NCBI GenBank assembly: GCA_965207075.1
Contig: CBDBLO010000002.1
Location: 1,824,001-1,888,000 of the forward strand
DNA length: 64,000 nucleotides
Source of the DNA: Nitrosopumilus sp.
GTDB taxonomy: Archaea > Thermoproteota > Nitrososphaeria > Nitrososphaerales > Nitrosopumilaceae
Direction of reading: 5' to 3'
In this document: positions 29,036-39,190 of the stretch, in pieces
How positions within the stretch are numbered: the first letter of the stretch is position 1
Layout: each line of letters opens with the position of its first letter
Notes under the pieces: generated by a model
Told to the model about the DNA's origin: nothing
Databases searched by the model: none
Seen by the model: the letters and a program-made list of their open reading frames with translations, nothing else
Made by a program: the position numbers and the translations under genes

Positions 29036-29881
29036 TTGATTCTCATAAAACTGGGGGGCTCGGTGATAACCGACAAGTCAAAGCCGCTCTCCGCGTCGAG
29101 GTCCAAGATTGCCAGCATGGCAAGGGCGATTGCAAAAATCGAGGAGCCGGCAATCATAGTGCACGGAGGGGGGTCGTTTGGACACTACTGGTCAGTCAGG
29201 TACGACATGCACACTGCAGAGCGCGACTATGACCCGAAGGGCGTCTCGGTGGTAAAGAACTCCATGGTGCAGCTGAACCTGATAATCCTAGAGGAACTGC
29301 TCAGGGGCGGCCTCAGGCCCTACGCGATGGCCCCCTCTGGGTTCATGACAGGTCCGAGGCCCATCCCCTCAAGGGTGCGCGAGGTTGCAGACATAGCCGT
29401 CGCATCGGAGATGACCCCCGTCACGTACGGGGACGCGGTATGGTACGGGGACGGCTCCAAGACGTACATCCTGTCCGGCGACAAGATAATGTCACATGTG
29501 GCGCGCATTGCAAGGCCGAGGCTCTGCGTATTTGCGCTCGCCGAGGACGGGCTCTATACGGACATGGAGTCAAAGAGGCTGGTAGAGCGCGTACCCGCGG
29601 GCGCGGGCCTGGCGGCGGCATCAGACCTCAGCTCCACAAGGGGCGGCGCGATGGACGTGACGGGCGGAATGGCGCGCAAGGTGGCAGAGGCCGCCCGCAT
29701 TGCCGGATACGGCATACAGGTCGCGCTTGTAAACGGCAACCATCCAAGAAGGATACGCGACGCGGCGGCATCCGGGGGGTTCCGGGGGACGCTCTTCGAG
29801 GCAGACACCGCCACAAAGGACGGGAAAAGGAAAAAAAGTAAAAGGACGGCATCCAAGAAGGCCAAGAGGAGGATCAAGTAG
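29036..29881 (+). CDS. ipk: Isopentenyl phosphate kinase
   Basis: 'KLGGSVITDK', 'HGGGSFGH', 'DVTGGM..K'. Confidence 0.92.
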   Translation: MILIKLGGSVITDKSKPLSASRSKIASMARAIAKIEEPAIIVHGGGSFGHYWSVRYDMHTAERDYDPKGVSVVKNSMVQLNLIILEELLRGGLRPYAMAPSGFMTGPRPIPSRVREVADIAVASEMTPVTYGDAVWYGDGSKTYILSGDKIMSHVARIARPRLCVFALAEDGLYTDMESKRLVERVPAGAGLAAASDLSSTRGGAMDVTGGMARKVAEAARIAGYGIQVALVNGNHPRRIRDAAASGGFRGTLFEADTATKDGKRKKSKRTASKKAKRRIK

Positions 29882-29882
29882 A

Positions 29883-30593
29883 ATGACTGCAGCCGCGAAC
29901 GCCACGATTGCCACTGCCACTACCGCTGCCGCGGGCCAGGACAAGCCGCATGCGGAGTACGTAATACTGGTCGACGAGCACGACAACCCCATCGGTAGGG
30001 AGGAAAAGGTCAGGTGCCACCTGCCCGACGGCAAGCTGCACAGGGCGTTTACCGCCCTGCTCTTTGAGGAGAAGAGCGGCGGCCTGATACTGGGACGGCG
30101 CGCGGGGGAGAAGATGCTCTGGCCAGGATACTGGGACGGCACCTTTGCAAGCCATCCGCGCGAGTCGGAGACCTACGTGTCCTCATGCCAGAGGAGGATG
30201 CCAGAGGAGCTCGGGATTACGGCCGAGTTTGACTATTTGCACAAGTTCGAGTACCACGTGCCGTACAGGGACATAGGATCCGAGAACGAGATATGCGGCA
30301 CGCTGGTCGGCACCATACGCGACGCGTCAGACGTGGTGCAGATAAGGGGAGAGATAGACGGGGTCCGCACCGTGTCGGCAGGCCAGATGGCGGCCGACGC
30401 GGCCGAGAACCCCGGCGCATACTGCCCATGGATGCTGGTGGCCCTGTACCTGCTTGACAGATCCGACCGCGCGGCGCTCGAAAAGCACTCCGGAATACTG
30501 GACCCGTGGATGACCGCGGAGGTAAAGGACTCTCTTCTTGACGCCATATCAAGCCACATGCCAAAAGAGTCCTGGAGGCTGGCGGGGCAATGA
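29883..30593 (+). CDS. idi: Type 1 (Nudix-fold) isopentenyl-diphosphate delta-isomerase
   Basis: 'LHRAF', 'ASHP', 'EELG', 'ENEIC', 'PW'; isoprenoid operon context. Confidence 0.88.
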   Translation: MTAAANATIATATTAAAGQDKPHAEYVILVDEHDNPIGREEKVRCHLPDGKLHRAFTALLFEEKSGGLILGRRAGEKMLWPGYWDGTFASHPRESETYVSSCQRRMPEELGITAEFDYLHKFEYHVPYRDIGSENEICGTLVGTIRDASDVVQIRGEIDGVRTVSAGQMAADAAENPGAYCPWMLVALYLLDRSDRAALEKHSGILDPWMTAEVKDSLLDAISSHMPKESWRLAGQ

Positions 30594-31648
30594 AGAAGGC
30601 GGGGGCGCGGGGCAATGGCATTGGCGGCGGCAGCGGCGCGGGCCACGGCATGAAGAGGACCGCCCGCGCGGTGGACGCGCACCTAACAAGGAGCCTGGCC
30701 GGAAGCCCCGACGAGCTGTACAGGGCGGCAAGGCACCTGATCATACACGGTGGAAAGCGCCTGAGGCCCTACATGGTGATAAAGAGCTGCCAGATACTCG
30801 GAGGCAGCGTGGCAGACGCCCGCCGGGCGGCGTCGGCAGTAGAGATGGTGCATAACTTTACCCTGCTTCACGACGACATAATGGACAACGACGACGTGCG
30901 CCACGGCGTGCCCACCGTCCACAAGAGATTCGGCGTGCCGGTGGCCATACTTGCAGGCGACATACTCTTCTCAAAGGCGTACCAGACGCTTGCCGGAAGG
31001 GGGAGCAGGAGAGGCGCCGGGCCTGACGACCCCAAAAGGGAGAGGCAGACGCACGAGCTCGTGTCGCGCCTTGCGACGGCGTGCGTTGACGTGTGCGAGG
31101 GCCAGATGCTCGACATCAAAATGGCAGAGGCAAAGAGGCTGCCGTCCCAAAAGGAGTACATTACGATGATAGGCAAAAAGACCGCGGCCCTCTTTGACGT
31201 GTCGTGCGCTATGGGCGCCATATGCGCCGGCGCGGGGGCGTCGGATGTCAAGAACCTCTCGCGGTTCGGGCGCAGTCTCGGAATCGCATTCCAGATAACA
31301 GACGATCTGATAGGGGTGACGGGCGACGCGTCAGTCACGAAAAAACCCGTGGGAAACGACATCAGGGAAGGCAAGAAATCGCTTCCCATACTGATGGCAA
31401 TCAAGGCGTCGTCCGGCACCAAGCACCGGAGGACCATATCAAGAGCGTTTGGTAACCCGCGCGCATCAAGGCCCATGCTTGACAGCGCAGTCGAGTCCGT
31501 ACGCGAGCTCGGGGTGGAAGAGAGGGCAAGGAAGATGGCCATGCGGCACGCGGAGAAGGCAAGGGACAGCCTGGCATCCTATCCAAACAGGAGGGCAAGA
31601 AGGGAGCTAGAGGCTCTGCTGGACTTTGTCGTAAAGAGAAGTGTGTGA
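30590..31648 (+). CDS. idsA: Geranylgeranyl diphosphate synthase
   Basis: 'GGKRLRP', FARM 'HNFTLLHDDIMD' with Phe at -5, 'AFQITDD'. Confidence 0.92.
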   Translation: MKKAGARGNGIGGGSGAGHGMKRTARAVDAHLTRSLAGSPDELYRAARHLIIHGGKRLRPYMVIKSCQILGGSVADARRAASAVEMVHNFTLLHDDIMDNDDVRHGVPTVHKRFGVPVAILAGDILFSKAYQTLAGRGSRRGAGPDDPKRERQTHELVSRLATACVDVCEGQMLDIKMAEAKRLPSQKEYITMIGKKTAALFDVSCAMGAICAGAGASDVKNLSRFGRSLGIAFQITDDLIGVTGDASVTKKPVGNDIREGKKSLPILMAIKASSGTKHRRTISRAFGNPRASRPMLDSAVESVRELGVEERARKMAMRHAEKARDSLASYPNRRARRELEALLDFVVKRSV

Positions 31649-31651
31649 GCG

Positions 31652-33784
31652 ATGGCATCAGAATCATCGCCATCAGAGTCGATGCCATCAGAGTCGCCGC
31701 CGTCCAAACAACCACATACGGAACCCGGCATGAATGACGCGGACAACGGCGGCAGTGACGAGCAGCTGAAGGCCCACATCACGTACCTGGCGCTGGAGAA
31801 CGCCGCGGCGCACGGCGGCCGGACCAGGGACAAGAACATACTGGGAAAGATACTCGGGACAAGGCAGGATCTCCGCGACTCGATTCCCAGGGTGTCAAGA
31901 ATCGTGGCAGACGTGGTGTCGCAGGTAAACGCCATGCCTGCCGACGAGCAGGGCAGAAGGCTGGAGGCGGCAAGGCGGCAAGCGGGCACGCCGCAGGCAG
32001 AACCGGATACAGATAAGCCGCCAAGTCAGGACGATGCGCCCGGCGCGTGGCTTCCGCAACTCGAGGGCGCGCAGCAGGGGGCCGTCGTCACCCGCTTTCC
32101 CCCAGAACCCAACGGGTACCCCCACATAGGCCACGCAAAGGCGGCCATCATAAACTGGGACTATGCGGCCAAGTACGGCGGCAGGTGCATACTGCGGATC
32201 GACGACACAAACCCCGACGCCGAGAGAAAAGAGTACCTTGCCGGAATCAACGTGGGGCTCGAGTGGCTGGGGCTCGAGTTCAAGAAAGAGGACGTCAGGT
32301 ACACGTCAGACGACATAGAGATCATGTACGAGAAGGGGGAGAAACTGATAACGTCCGGCATGGCGTACGTCTGCACCTGCAAAAAGGACGCCATCAGCAG
32401 GAACCGCAGGGAACGGGCCGAGTGCAAGTGCTGCAGAAAGGACGACCCCGACGAGCACTACAAAAGGTGGAGCAAGATGCACAATGCAAAGATCAAGGCC
32501 GGCGACGCCGTGATGAGGTTCCGCGGCGACATGAAGGCCGACAACGCCGTGATGCGCGACCCCGTGCTGTTTCGCATAATCAGCACGCCGCACTACAGGC
32601 AGGGCGCCAAATACAGGGTCTGGCCGAGCTACGACATGGCAGTGGCAGTGGAGGACAGCATACACGGCATCACGCACGCGTTCCGCTCAAAGGAGTTCGA
32701 GACGAGGGCCGAGCTGATCGGCGCGATACTCGACGCGCTGGGCATGAGGAAGCCCAGGCAGCACTACTTTTCAAGGCTGGCCTTTGAGGGGATGCCGACG
32801 TCAAAGAGGGTGATAAAGCCGCTGATGGAGGACGGCCGCATAACCGGATACGACGATCCCAGGATTCCGACCCTGGGCGGCCTCAAGCGCAGGGGGATAA
32901 GGCCCGAGGCGGTAAGAAAGTTCGTCGAGTCGCTTGGGATGACAAAGGCAGACACAGTAGCGCCCTTCGAGACGCTTGAGTCCATAAACCGCAGCATGAT
33001 AGACGCGCAGAGCACCAGGCTGTTCATGACAATGAACCCGAGGAGGCTCGTGATACGCGACGACACGGAAGCGCAAAAGCAGATGGAAGATCGGACAGGG
33101 GTGCCGAACCATCCGCTGCACGAAGGAATGGGCAAGAGGGTGATGCCTGCAAGCGGCGACGTGTACATACCCGGAGGCGACTTTGACAGGCTGGAGGAGG
33201 GCTCCATAGTAAGGCTGCTGGGCCTGGCATACGTGGTCATAACGAGGCTGCCGGGACGGGACGCCAAAGAGGGGGTCGGGATCGGCGGCGGCGGCGGCGG
33301 TATAACACGCCATGGTCTTGGCAGCGGCACAAGGAGCATCCCGTACGGCGACAGCGGTAGCGGCGTCAAAAGCAGGGAGGAGGACGTAGACGTATACGCC
33401 AGATACGTCGCGGACATAGACGAGCCGTTCGGGGCAGGCGACATACTGTACTATTTTGAAAAGATGAAGATCGAGATGCCGCCTGCCAAAAGGAAGGCGC
33501 TGCAAGACGAGGCCGCGGCAGAACCGGCAAAGAAGAAAAAGCAGGAGACCGCAGAGGACGCCAAGATGCAGTGGGTCTCCAGAGAGACTGCTGTAAGGAT
33601 AAGGCTTGCCATACCGAAGAGGCCGTTTGACGGGGAGGAGTTTGACGAGGACAGCCTGGAGGAGACAGAAGTTTATACTGAGCCGCATTTTGAAAACGTG
33701 GAGGAGGGCGCTGAGATCCAGTTTGTCAGGTTCGGATACTGCAGGAAGGACACCGGCAGGCGCGTGATCTTTACGCACGGTTAG
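31652..33784 (+). CDS. gltX: Glutamate--tRNA ligase (archaeal type)
   Basis: 'RFPPEPNGYPHIGH', 'RIDDTNP', 'DDPRIPT', 'QFVRFGY'. Confidence 0.95.
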   Translation: MASESSPSESMPSESPPSKQPHTEPGMNDADNGGSDEQLKAHITYLALENAAAHGGRTRDKNILGKILGTRQDLRDSIPRVSRIVADVVSQVNAMPADEQGRRLEAARRQAGTPQAEPDTDKPPSQDDAPGAWLPQLEGAQQGAVVTRFPPEPNGYPHIGHAKAAIINWDYAAKYGGRCILRIDDTNPDAERKEYLAGINVGLEWLGLEFKKEDVRYTSDDIEIMYEKGEKLITSGMAYVCTCKKDAISRNRRERAECKCCRKDDPDEHYKRWSKMHNAKIKAGDAVMRFRGDMKADNAVMRDPVLFRIISTPHYRQGAKYRVWPSYDMAVAVEDSIHGITHAFRSKEFETRAELIGAILDALGMRKPRQHYFSRLAFEGMPTSKRVIKPLMEDGRITGYDDPRIPTLGGLKRRGIRPEAVRKFVESLGMTKADTVAPFETLESINRSMIDAQSTRLFMTMNPRRLVIRDDTEAQKQMEDRTGVPNHPLHEGMGKRVMPASGDVYIPGGDFDRLEEGSIVRLLGLAYVVITRLPGRDAKEGVGIGGGGGGITRHGLGSGTRSIPYGDSGSGVKSREEDVDVYARYVADIDEPFGAGDILYYFEKMKIEMPPAKRKALQDEAAAEPAKKKKQETAEDAKMQWVSRETAVRIRLAIPKRPFDGEEFDEDSLEETEVYTEPHFENVEEGAEIQFVRFGYCRKDTGRRVIFTHG

Positions 33785-33786
33785 AC

Positions 33787-34692
33787 ATGAGAATAGCACG
33801 CCTTATGCCGCGCAAAAACGAGCGGTCCGACAAGTGGTCGTCCAGGGAGACGTACGGGATCGTGGATGGGGACGGCAGGATCGCGACCAGGGACGACATC
33901 ACGTTTGCCACCGGCGTGCCCATACCGCGAGACATTGCGGAGTTCCTCTTTGGCGGGTGGTACGACAAGACAAGGCAGAAGGAGGTCCCGTACAACAGCC
34001 ACGTGTCAGATTACGAGTTGCTGGCCCCCCTCCCAAGCCCCGGCAAGATAGTATGCCTCACGTTCAACTATACGGACCACGCAAGGGAGCAGGGGCTCGA
34101 CGCCCCCGAGGATCCCGTGCTGTTCATAAAGCCGAGGACCGCCCTGACCGGCACGGGCGCGGAGATACGGTGCCCGGACTTTGTGAGGCAGCTCGACTAC
34201 GAGGTCGAGCTTGCAATGGTGGTCGGGAACGGTAGCGGCGGTGGCAGGTGCAAGAATGTTGCCGTCGAGGAAGCCATGGAGTACGTGTTTGGATACATGA
34301 TACTAAACGACGTCTCGGCCCGCGACATACAGTTCCAGGACAAGCAGTTTACTAGGGGAAAGGGGTTTGACGACTTTGCGCCCTGCGGTCCCTGGATTAC
34401 CACGGCAGACGAGATAGCCGACCCGCACGGCCTGAGGCTCGCCACCAGAATCAACGGGGAGTCCAGGCAGGACTCGTCGACGGGAATGATGCTGCTGAAG
34501 ATACCGCAGATAATATCAAAGCTCTCAAGGGTCATGAGCCTCGAGCCGGGGGACGTCATATCGACAGGGACTCCTGCCGGCGTCGCGCTGAAGAATCCCG
34601 GCACCCCGTACCTGGAGGACGGGGACACAATCGACATGGAGATAGAGGGACTCGGCTCCATCCGCAACACGGTAAGAAAGGTGCCGTCGTGA
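33787..34692 (+). CDS. Fumarylacetoacetate hydrolase family protein
   Basis: 'DYEVEL', 'NDVSARD', 'GKGFD.F.P.GP', 'TGTPAGV'. Confidence 0.92.
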   Translation: MRIARLMPRKNERSDKWSSRETYGIVDGDGRIATRDDITFATGVPIPRDIAEFLFGGWYDKTRQKEVPYNSHVSDYELLAPLPSPGKIVCLTFNYTDHAREQGLDAPEDPVLFIKPRTALTGTGAEIRCPDFVRQLDYEVELAMVVGNGSGGGRCKNVAVEEAMEYVFGYMILNDVSARDIQFQDKQFTRGKGFDDFAPCGPWITTADEIADPHGLRLATRINGESRQDSSTGMMLLKIPQIISKLSRVMSLEPGDVISTGTPAGVALKNPGTPYLEDGDTIDMEIEGLGSIRNTVRKVPS

Positions 34693-34704
34693 CGGGCGCC
34701 GCGC

Positions 34705-35643
34705 TCATGCCAGCCTCTTGTTCACCAGATAAAACTCAAAAAAGTGCCGCGGCCACTTCCGGCAGCCGGGCGGCAGCCCGCCCAGCGTAAAGACGTTGGT
34801 CGCCGCGCACGACTCGGAGGCCGCCGCGCCGGCCAGAAACGCAATCATCTCATCCGCGCCTACAGGATCCGCGCCCGGATAGAGCGTGGCATACAGGGTC
34901 CGGCCCGGGCCGTCGACCGTCTTGCCGGCCGCAAGCACGGCGACGGCCGCTGCCCGGCGGCCGCCGTCCGGTGCCCCGCCGTCCGGACGCGTGGGACGCG
35001 CCGTGACTACAACGGAGGGGTCTTCCGAGAGAGCGCCGCGCGCGCCCAGCCTGCGGGTCTCAAACCACCTCCACTCCCTTACAAAATGCGGGTATGCGGC
35101 GCAGTCGAGATCGCGCAGCGGGGTGATCTTGCGGCGCGCGCCGGCGTCGGGGCTGCGCGGGAGCAGCCTGTGGTACGTCCACGCGCTCGTGACCTCGTAT
35201 CCGAGCAGCCGCACCATTGCAAGCGACGGCTCGTTCCCGGCATCGATTGCCATGGCAGACGCCAGCCTGCCATCCTCTGCCACGTCGCGGGGCGGGGGGC
35301 GGGGGTGCTGCTGCCGCTGCTGTAGCGACGGCCGCAGTCTCCGAATCGCCATCTGCTCGGCTTCCCTCACAAGGAACGTGGCGATGCCGCGGCGGCGATA
35401 CTGCGGATGGACCCGTATTCCCTCTATCCAGGCCTGTCCGGGCGACATGTGCACGTGGCAGACGCCGACGGGGCCCGACGGCGAAGAGGACGCGGGCGCG
35501 CAGTCCTCGCACACCAGAAACCCCCCGTCAGACTGCCAGTCGTCCCAGACGTCGCCTATGTAGTCGCCCCAGCCAAACGTGTCCTGGCAGTACCCCAAGA
35601 CAAACCCGCGATCCCCCTCACGAACCCTACGAACCCTCACCAT
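34705..35643 (-). CDS. GNAT family N-acetyltransferase
   Basis: 'WIEGIRVHPQYRRRGIAT' acetyl-CoA binding motif; start moved to 35643. Confidence 0.82.
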   Translation of the reverse strand: MVRVRRVREGDRGFVLGYCQDTFGWGDYIGDVWDDWQSDGGFLVCEDCAPASSSPSGPVGVCHVHMSPGQAWIEGIRVHPQYRRRGIATFLVREAEQMAIRRLRPSLQQRQQHPRPPPRDVAEDGRLASAMAIDAGNEPSLAMVRLLGYEVTSAWTYHRLLPRSPDAGARRKITPLRDLDCAAYPHFVREWRWFETRRLGARGALSEDPSVVVTARPTRPDGGAPDGGRRAAAVAVLAAGKTVDGPGRTLYATLYPGADPVGADEMIAFLAGAAASESCAATNVFTLGGLPPGCRKWPRHFFEFYLVNKRLA

Positions 35644-35692
35644 CACGCGCCCCGTGGCAAGACTTAAGACGCCATGGTTAAAAACAAAACCC

Positions 35693-36034
35693 ATGGGAAA
35701 GCACCTCGTATGCAGCGAGTCGGACATTGCATCCGGCGGCATGCTAAAGGCCACCGTCAACGGGCTCGACATACTGGTGGCCAACGTAAGCGGCAGCTAT
35801 TACGCGACTGACGACACGTGCACGCACTCCGGGGCGTCCCTCTCGGAGGGCACGCTGAGGCAGGAAGAAGGGAAGGGCGAGGACGGCGGCACGTGCGGCA
35901 CCATAGTATGCGGGTGGCACAAGGCGGAGTTTGACTGCGCCACGGGCAAGCTTGCAAAGTTTCCGGCGCCCATACGGGACCTGGGCTCGTACAAGGTGAC
36001 GGCAGAATCAGGCAGCCTCTTCGTAGAGGTGTGA
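35693..36034 (+). CDS. Rieske [2Fe-2S] ferredoxin
   Basis: CTH...CGWH ligand motifs. Confidence 0.92.
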   Translation: MGKHLVCSESDIASGGMLKATVNGLDILVANVSGSYYATDDTCTHSGASLSEGTLRQEEGKGEDGGTCGTIVCGWHKAEFDCATGKLAKFPAPIRDLGSYKVTAESGSLFVEV

Positions 36035-36094
36035 CGGCGCCAAGAAGGCCCGGGCGTCTTTAACTATATTACTACCCAAAAAGACGAGTCATAC

Positions 36095-36364
36095 ATGGCA
36101 GACGATGCACAGAACCGGGAGGCCATGAAGGACTCCCTGGAGACGCTCACGCAGATAGCGGAGAGCGGCACCACCCCCAAAACCATCAAGAAATCCATCA
36201 TGGAACTGATAACCGAGCTCAACGGCACAGAATACTCGCTGTCAGTCAGGGCGGCAAACGCAATCAGCATGCTTGATGACGTCACGCAGGATCCCAACAT
36301 GCCCTCGTACGTAAGGACGCAGCTCTGGCAGGCAGTATCAAAGCTGGAGAGCATAAGGGAGTAA
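36095..36364 (+). CDS. UPF0147 family protein
   Basis: 'RAANAISMLDDVTQDPNMP.Y.RT.LW..VS.LE' pattern. Confidence 0.88.
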   Translation: MADDAQNREAMKDSLETLTQIAESGTTPKTIKKSIMELITELNGTEYSLSVRAANAISMLDDVTQDPNMPSYVRTQLWQAVSKLESIRE

Positions 36365-36478
36365 GACCGGCGGCAGGCGGGGGCGGCGCGCCGGGGCGCG
36401 CCGGCAGCTGCGTGCGCGCGTGCCGGCAGGCCCGCACAAAGAAAAAAAAGACGGGCGGCGATAGCGGTGACTTGACAG

Positions 36479-37300
36479 TTGAAGATAGAAGAATACCTAA
36501 GGACGCTTCCTGACGACATGCTGAGCGGCGCGGACGCCGAGCTGAGCCAGCGATCACTCAGGGATATGTTCAGGTTGGCAGGGCTTGGCGCCGACGACAC
36601 GGTGTATCACCTTGGATGCGGCAGATCCGCAGAGGGCATCAGAATCGCGCTCACAGAGTTTGGCGCCAGGCGCGCGGTGGGCGTGGACTCTGACGCGTCA
36701 AAGATTCGCGACGCGCGCGCCTTGCTTGGGGGGGTGACGCAGGGGGGTGACGCCGCGCAGGGCTCAGGCCTGCGCGACAGGTACCGGCTCGAGTGCGCCG
36801 ACATACGCGACGCGGACATGTCGGACGCGACAGTGATACTGTTCTGGTTTGCAAACGACTCGGACCTCATCGACGCGATGGCAGAGAGGTTCGGCTCGCT
36901 TGGCGATGGCACGCGAATACTCACCGTGTGGGGCCCGCTGCCCGGATGCCTGCCGGACGCCGTGGACTTTCCGTACGTCATGTGCAAGACCCCCCTCCGG
37001 CCCGCAAAAGACGTGGGCGAGCAGCTGAGGGCCGTATTCAAGAGGGACTGCGTGGACTTTGTAACGGCGTGGGAGCATGCGGAGAGGTACACGAAGGCGC
37101 TGGGGCCCCCCGGCACCGCAAACGACAGGTTTCTGACCATCATACAGACCCTGACCATATGGGCCAACGCGTGGCGGCTGGGCATAGCGTGCGGCGAGGA
37201 GATACCGGAGCCCATATCCACGTACGTAAAGCTGATGAAGATGAACTTTGACATAGACTTTGACCACCTGCTGACAAGGGATCAGCAAAAGGATCCCTAG
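36479..37300 (+). CDS. Class I SAM-dependent methyltransferase
   Basis: 'VYHLGCG', 'AVGVD', 'ATVILFW'; TTG start. Confidence 0.8.
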   Translation: MKIEEYLRTLPDDMLSGADAELSQRSLRDMFRLAGLGADDTVYHLGCGRSAEGIRIALTEFGARRAVGVDSDASKIRDARALLGGVTQGGDAAQGSGLRDRYRLECADIRDADMSDATVILFWFANDSDLIDAMAERFGSLGDGTRILTVWGPLPGCLPDAVDFPYVMCKTPLRPAKDVGEQLRAVFKRDCVDFVTAWEHAERYTKALGPPGTANDRFLTIIQTLTIWANAWRLGIACGEEIPEPISTYVKLMKMNFDIDFDHLLTRDQQKDP

Positions 37301-37342
37301 GGGCGGTGCAATATTTTTATCGGCGGCGGGCATACTTCACGT

Positions 37343-37729
37343 ATGGCAACGGGCGCTGGAGACTTTGGGGACGGGAGGCTCAACATCAACGTCTCTGCAG
37401 TCGACTACGACAGCGCCAGCAAGGCCCTGGCCAGGCAGATGGTCATGCTAGAGCAGATGACGCACACGGAGGACGAGTTTGCCATGACCGACTCGGAGTT
37501 TGCATTCGGGTGGCACTTTTTCGTGCTGAGCGTCAACAGGTCCCTCATACGGAAACTCCGCGAGGTCATGGGCCCCGCGGACTTTGACGGCCTCAGGGGC
37601 AAGGGGCCTGACAAGAAGTTCCTCACGTGGCTTGAGAGAAACGTGGCAGCATCCGGCGATGGCGACGCGCCCCGGTTCAAGCTCGCCATAAAAGAGGAGA
37701 TGGAGTCAAGCAAGTTTGGCATATTCTAG
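37343..37729 (+). CDS. Conserved-looking hypothetical protein
   Basis: Clean ORF; TATA-like atttttat at ~37313-37320. Confidence 0.72.
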   Translation: MATGAGDFGDGRLNINVSAVDYDSASKALARQMVMLEQMTHTEDEFAMTDSEFAFGWHFFVLSVNRSLIRKLREVMGPADFDGLRGKGPDKKFLTWLERNVAASGDGDAPRFKLAIKEEMESSKFGIF

Positions 37730-37874
37730 CCCGTGCTCCGCGGTGCCGCAGCGCATGCGCCCCGGATCCGGGAATCATGCGCGTTGTCTCTCTTCCCCCT
37801 CCCCTGCACGCACGCCTTTAGATTTCACAAACAGGATCAAGTCCGTGCAGAAGGGCTGCATGTGGTGATGGAGG

Positions 37875-37947
37875 GGCCTTTGAGGGGAATCGAACCCCTG
37901 TCCGAGGATCCACAATCCTCTATACTAACCACTGTACTACAAAGGCC
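37875..37947 (-). tRNA. tRNA-His(GTG) with genomically encoded G-1
   Basis: (G)GCCTTTG/CAAAGGC-C acceptor stem, GAGGA-TTGTGGA-TCCTC anticodon arm, GGTTCGATTCC. Confidence 0.96.
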
Positions 37948-38233
37948 ACGTGGTTGGCACTTTCAGGGCCCCCAATTAACCCTTGAGATGATATGTGGGG
38001 CGGCCATTCGGCCACCTTGCCCACCTCCCACTCCCCCCCCCCATGGCTGCACGCTGTGAGATGTTGTCCGCCGTTTTGGACGGGCCCGCGCCGTCGCAGG
38101 GCGGCACCCTTAGAGCAGGGTGGACTGGAATTATGCAGTATGTTATGCCATCACGCGCAGCTTGGACACGCGGTTTATCCCCCAGAATATGCAAGCGGGC
38201 TGGACTGATGCGCCTGATGATGCGCGCACCGGC

Positions 38234-38632
38234 TCATCTGACTACTACGACGGCCTTTGCCCATGGATGTATGGTGCAGTGGTACTCGTAGGTGCCCGCG
38301 CTCTCAAACGTGTGCTCAAACGATCCCCCGACCTCCATAATCCCAGAATCGAACTCGAGTGCCGCAGTCTCGCTGGAGGCGCCGCTCGTTACTGTGTGCA
38401 GCTCCGTGTCGTCGTTGTTCCATGTTACGGTGGCGCCCTTTCGTACCGTGAGGTCTTGCGGTATGTAGCAGATACCCTCGGCCTCGCACCCTTGCAGAAA
38501 CGATCCCTCCGCTATGGATATGACTGCCGACGGTGTATGTACCGGCTTGGGGCCTACAGACACGACGCTGAACATGATGAATGCCGCCATTGCGCCGATG
38601 ACGATATACGTTATCCTGCGCGAACTAATCAT
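38234..38632 (-). CDS. Membrane-anchored plastocyanin/azurin-like cupredoxin
   Basis: N-terminal TM, 'VTW.N.D...HTVTSG', 'YHCTIHPW'. Confidence 0.9.
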   Translation of the reverse strand: MISSRRITYIVIGAMAAFIMFSVVSVGPKPVHTPSAVISIAEGSFLQGCEAEGICYIPQDLTVRKGATVTWNNDDTELHTVTSGASSETAALEFDSGIMEVGGSFEHTFESAGTYEYHCTIHPWAKAVVVVR

Positions 38633-39109
38633 AATGCGTCTACGGTGCCAGGGGATTTATGGGTTGTCCTTCTTTGGCAGCGTGCTGCGCAGTTCCACAA
38701 TCCGCTCCGCCCGGAGGGTGCGGCCCTGCGGCATGGCACAGGCCGCCCGACTGCAGTGCGCAGCCACGTGGCCTGTCGGCCATCTGACAACTCCATTTTG
38801 TCCGGGAGGCCGACGAATTACGCAACACGCCAAGCATGGGGAAACGCCCGACACGCATTTGAGAACGCAGGCACCTGCGAATGTCACTGCGCCCCGACCC
38901 GTGGGCGGCGGGCGTGGCGATAGTGCGCTGGTACGTACCACCACCGCATCGGGAGAAGGAGATATGTCGTTGCAACCATTATTGCCGTTGTCATTATGAT
39001 AATTAATGCCGTCCAGCGTCACAACGCGGCAGAATCGGCCGTATACCCCAAGCATGAAGAACCGCGGCGCCGGCTGTAGATTTATTATCAAGCAGTTAAA
39101 ACGCAGGCT

Positions 39110-39190
39110 ATGCGCTATTGGTGGCTCGGGATAGGAATCGCGCTCGCCATAACATGGTACGGGATGAACTACCTGCTGCCGTTCAAATAG
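39110..39190 (+). CDS. Putative 26-aa single-pass membrane microprotein (MRYWWLGIGIALAITWYGMNYLLPFK)
   Basis: Manual translation; hydrophobic helix; TTTATTAT box at 39081-39088. Confidence 0.55.
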   Translation: MRYWWLGIGIALAITWYGMNYLLPFK

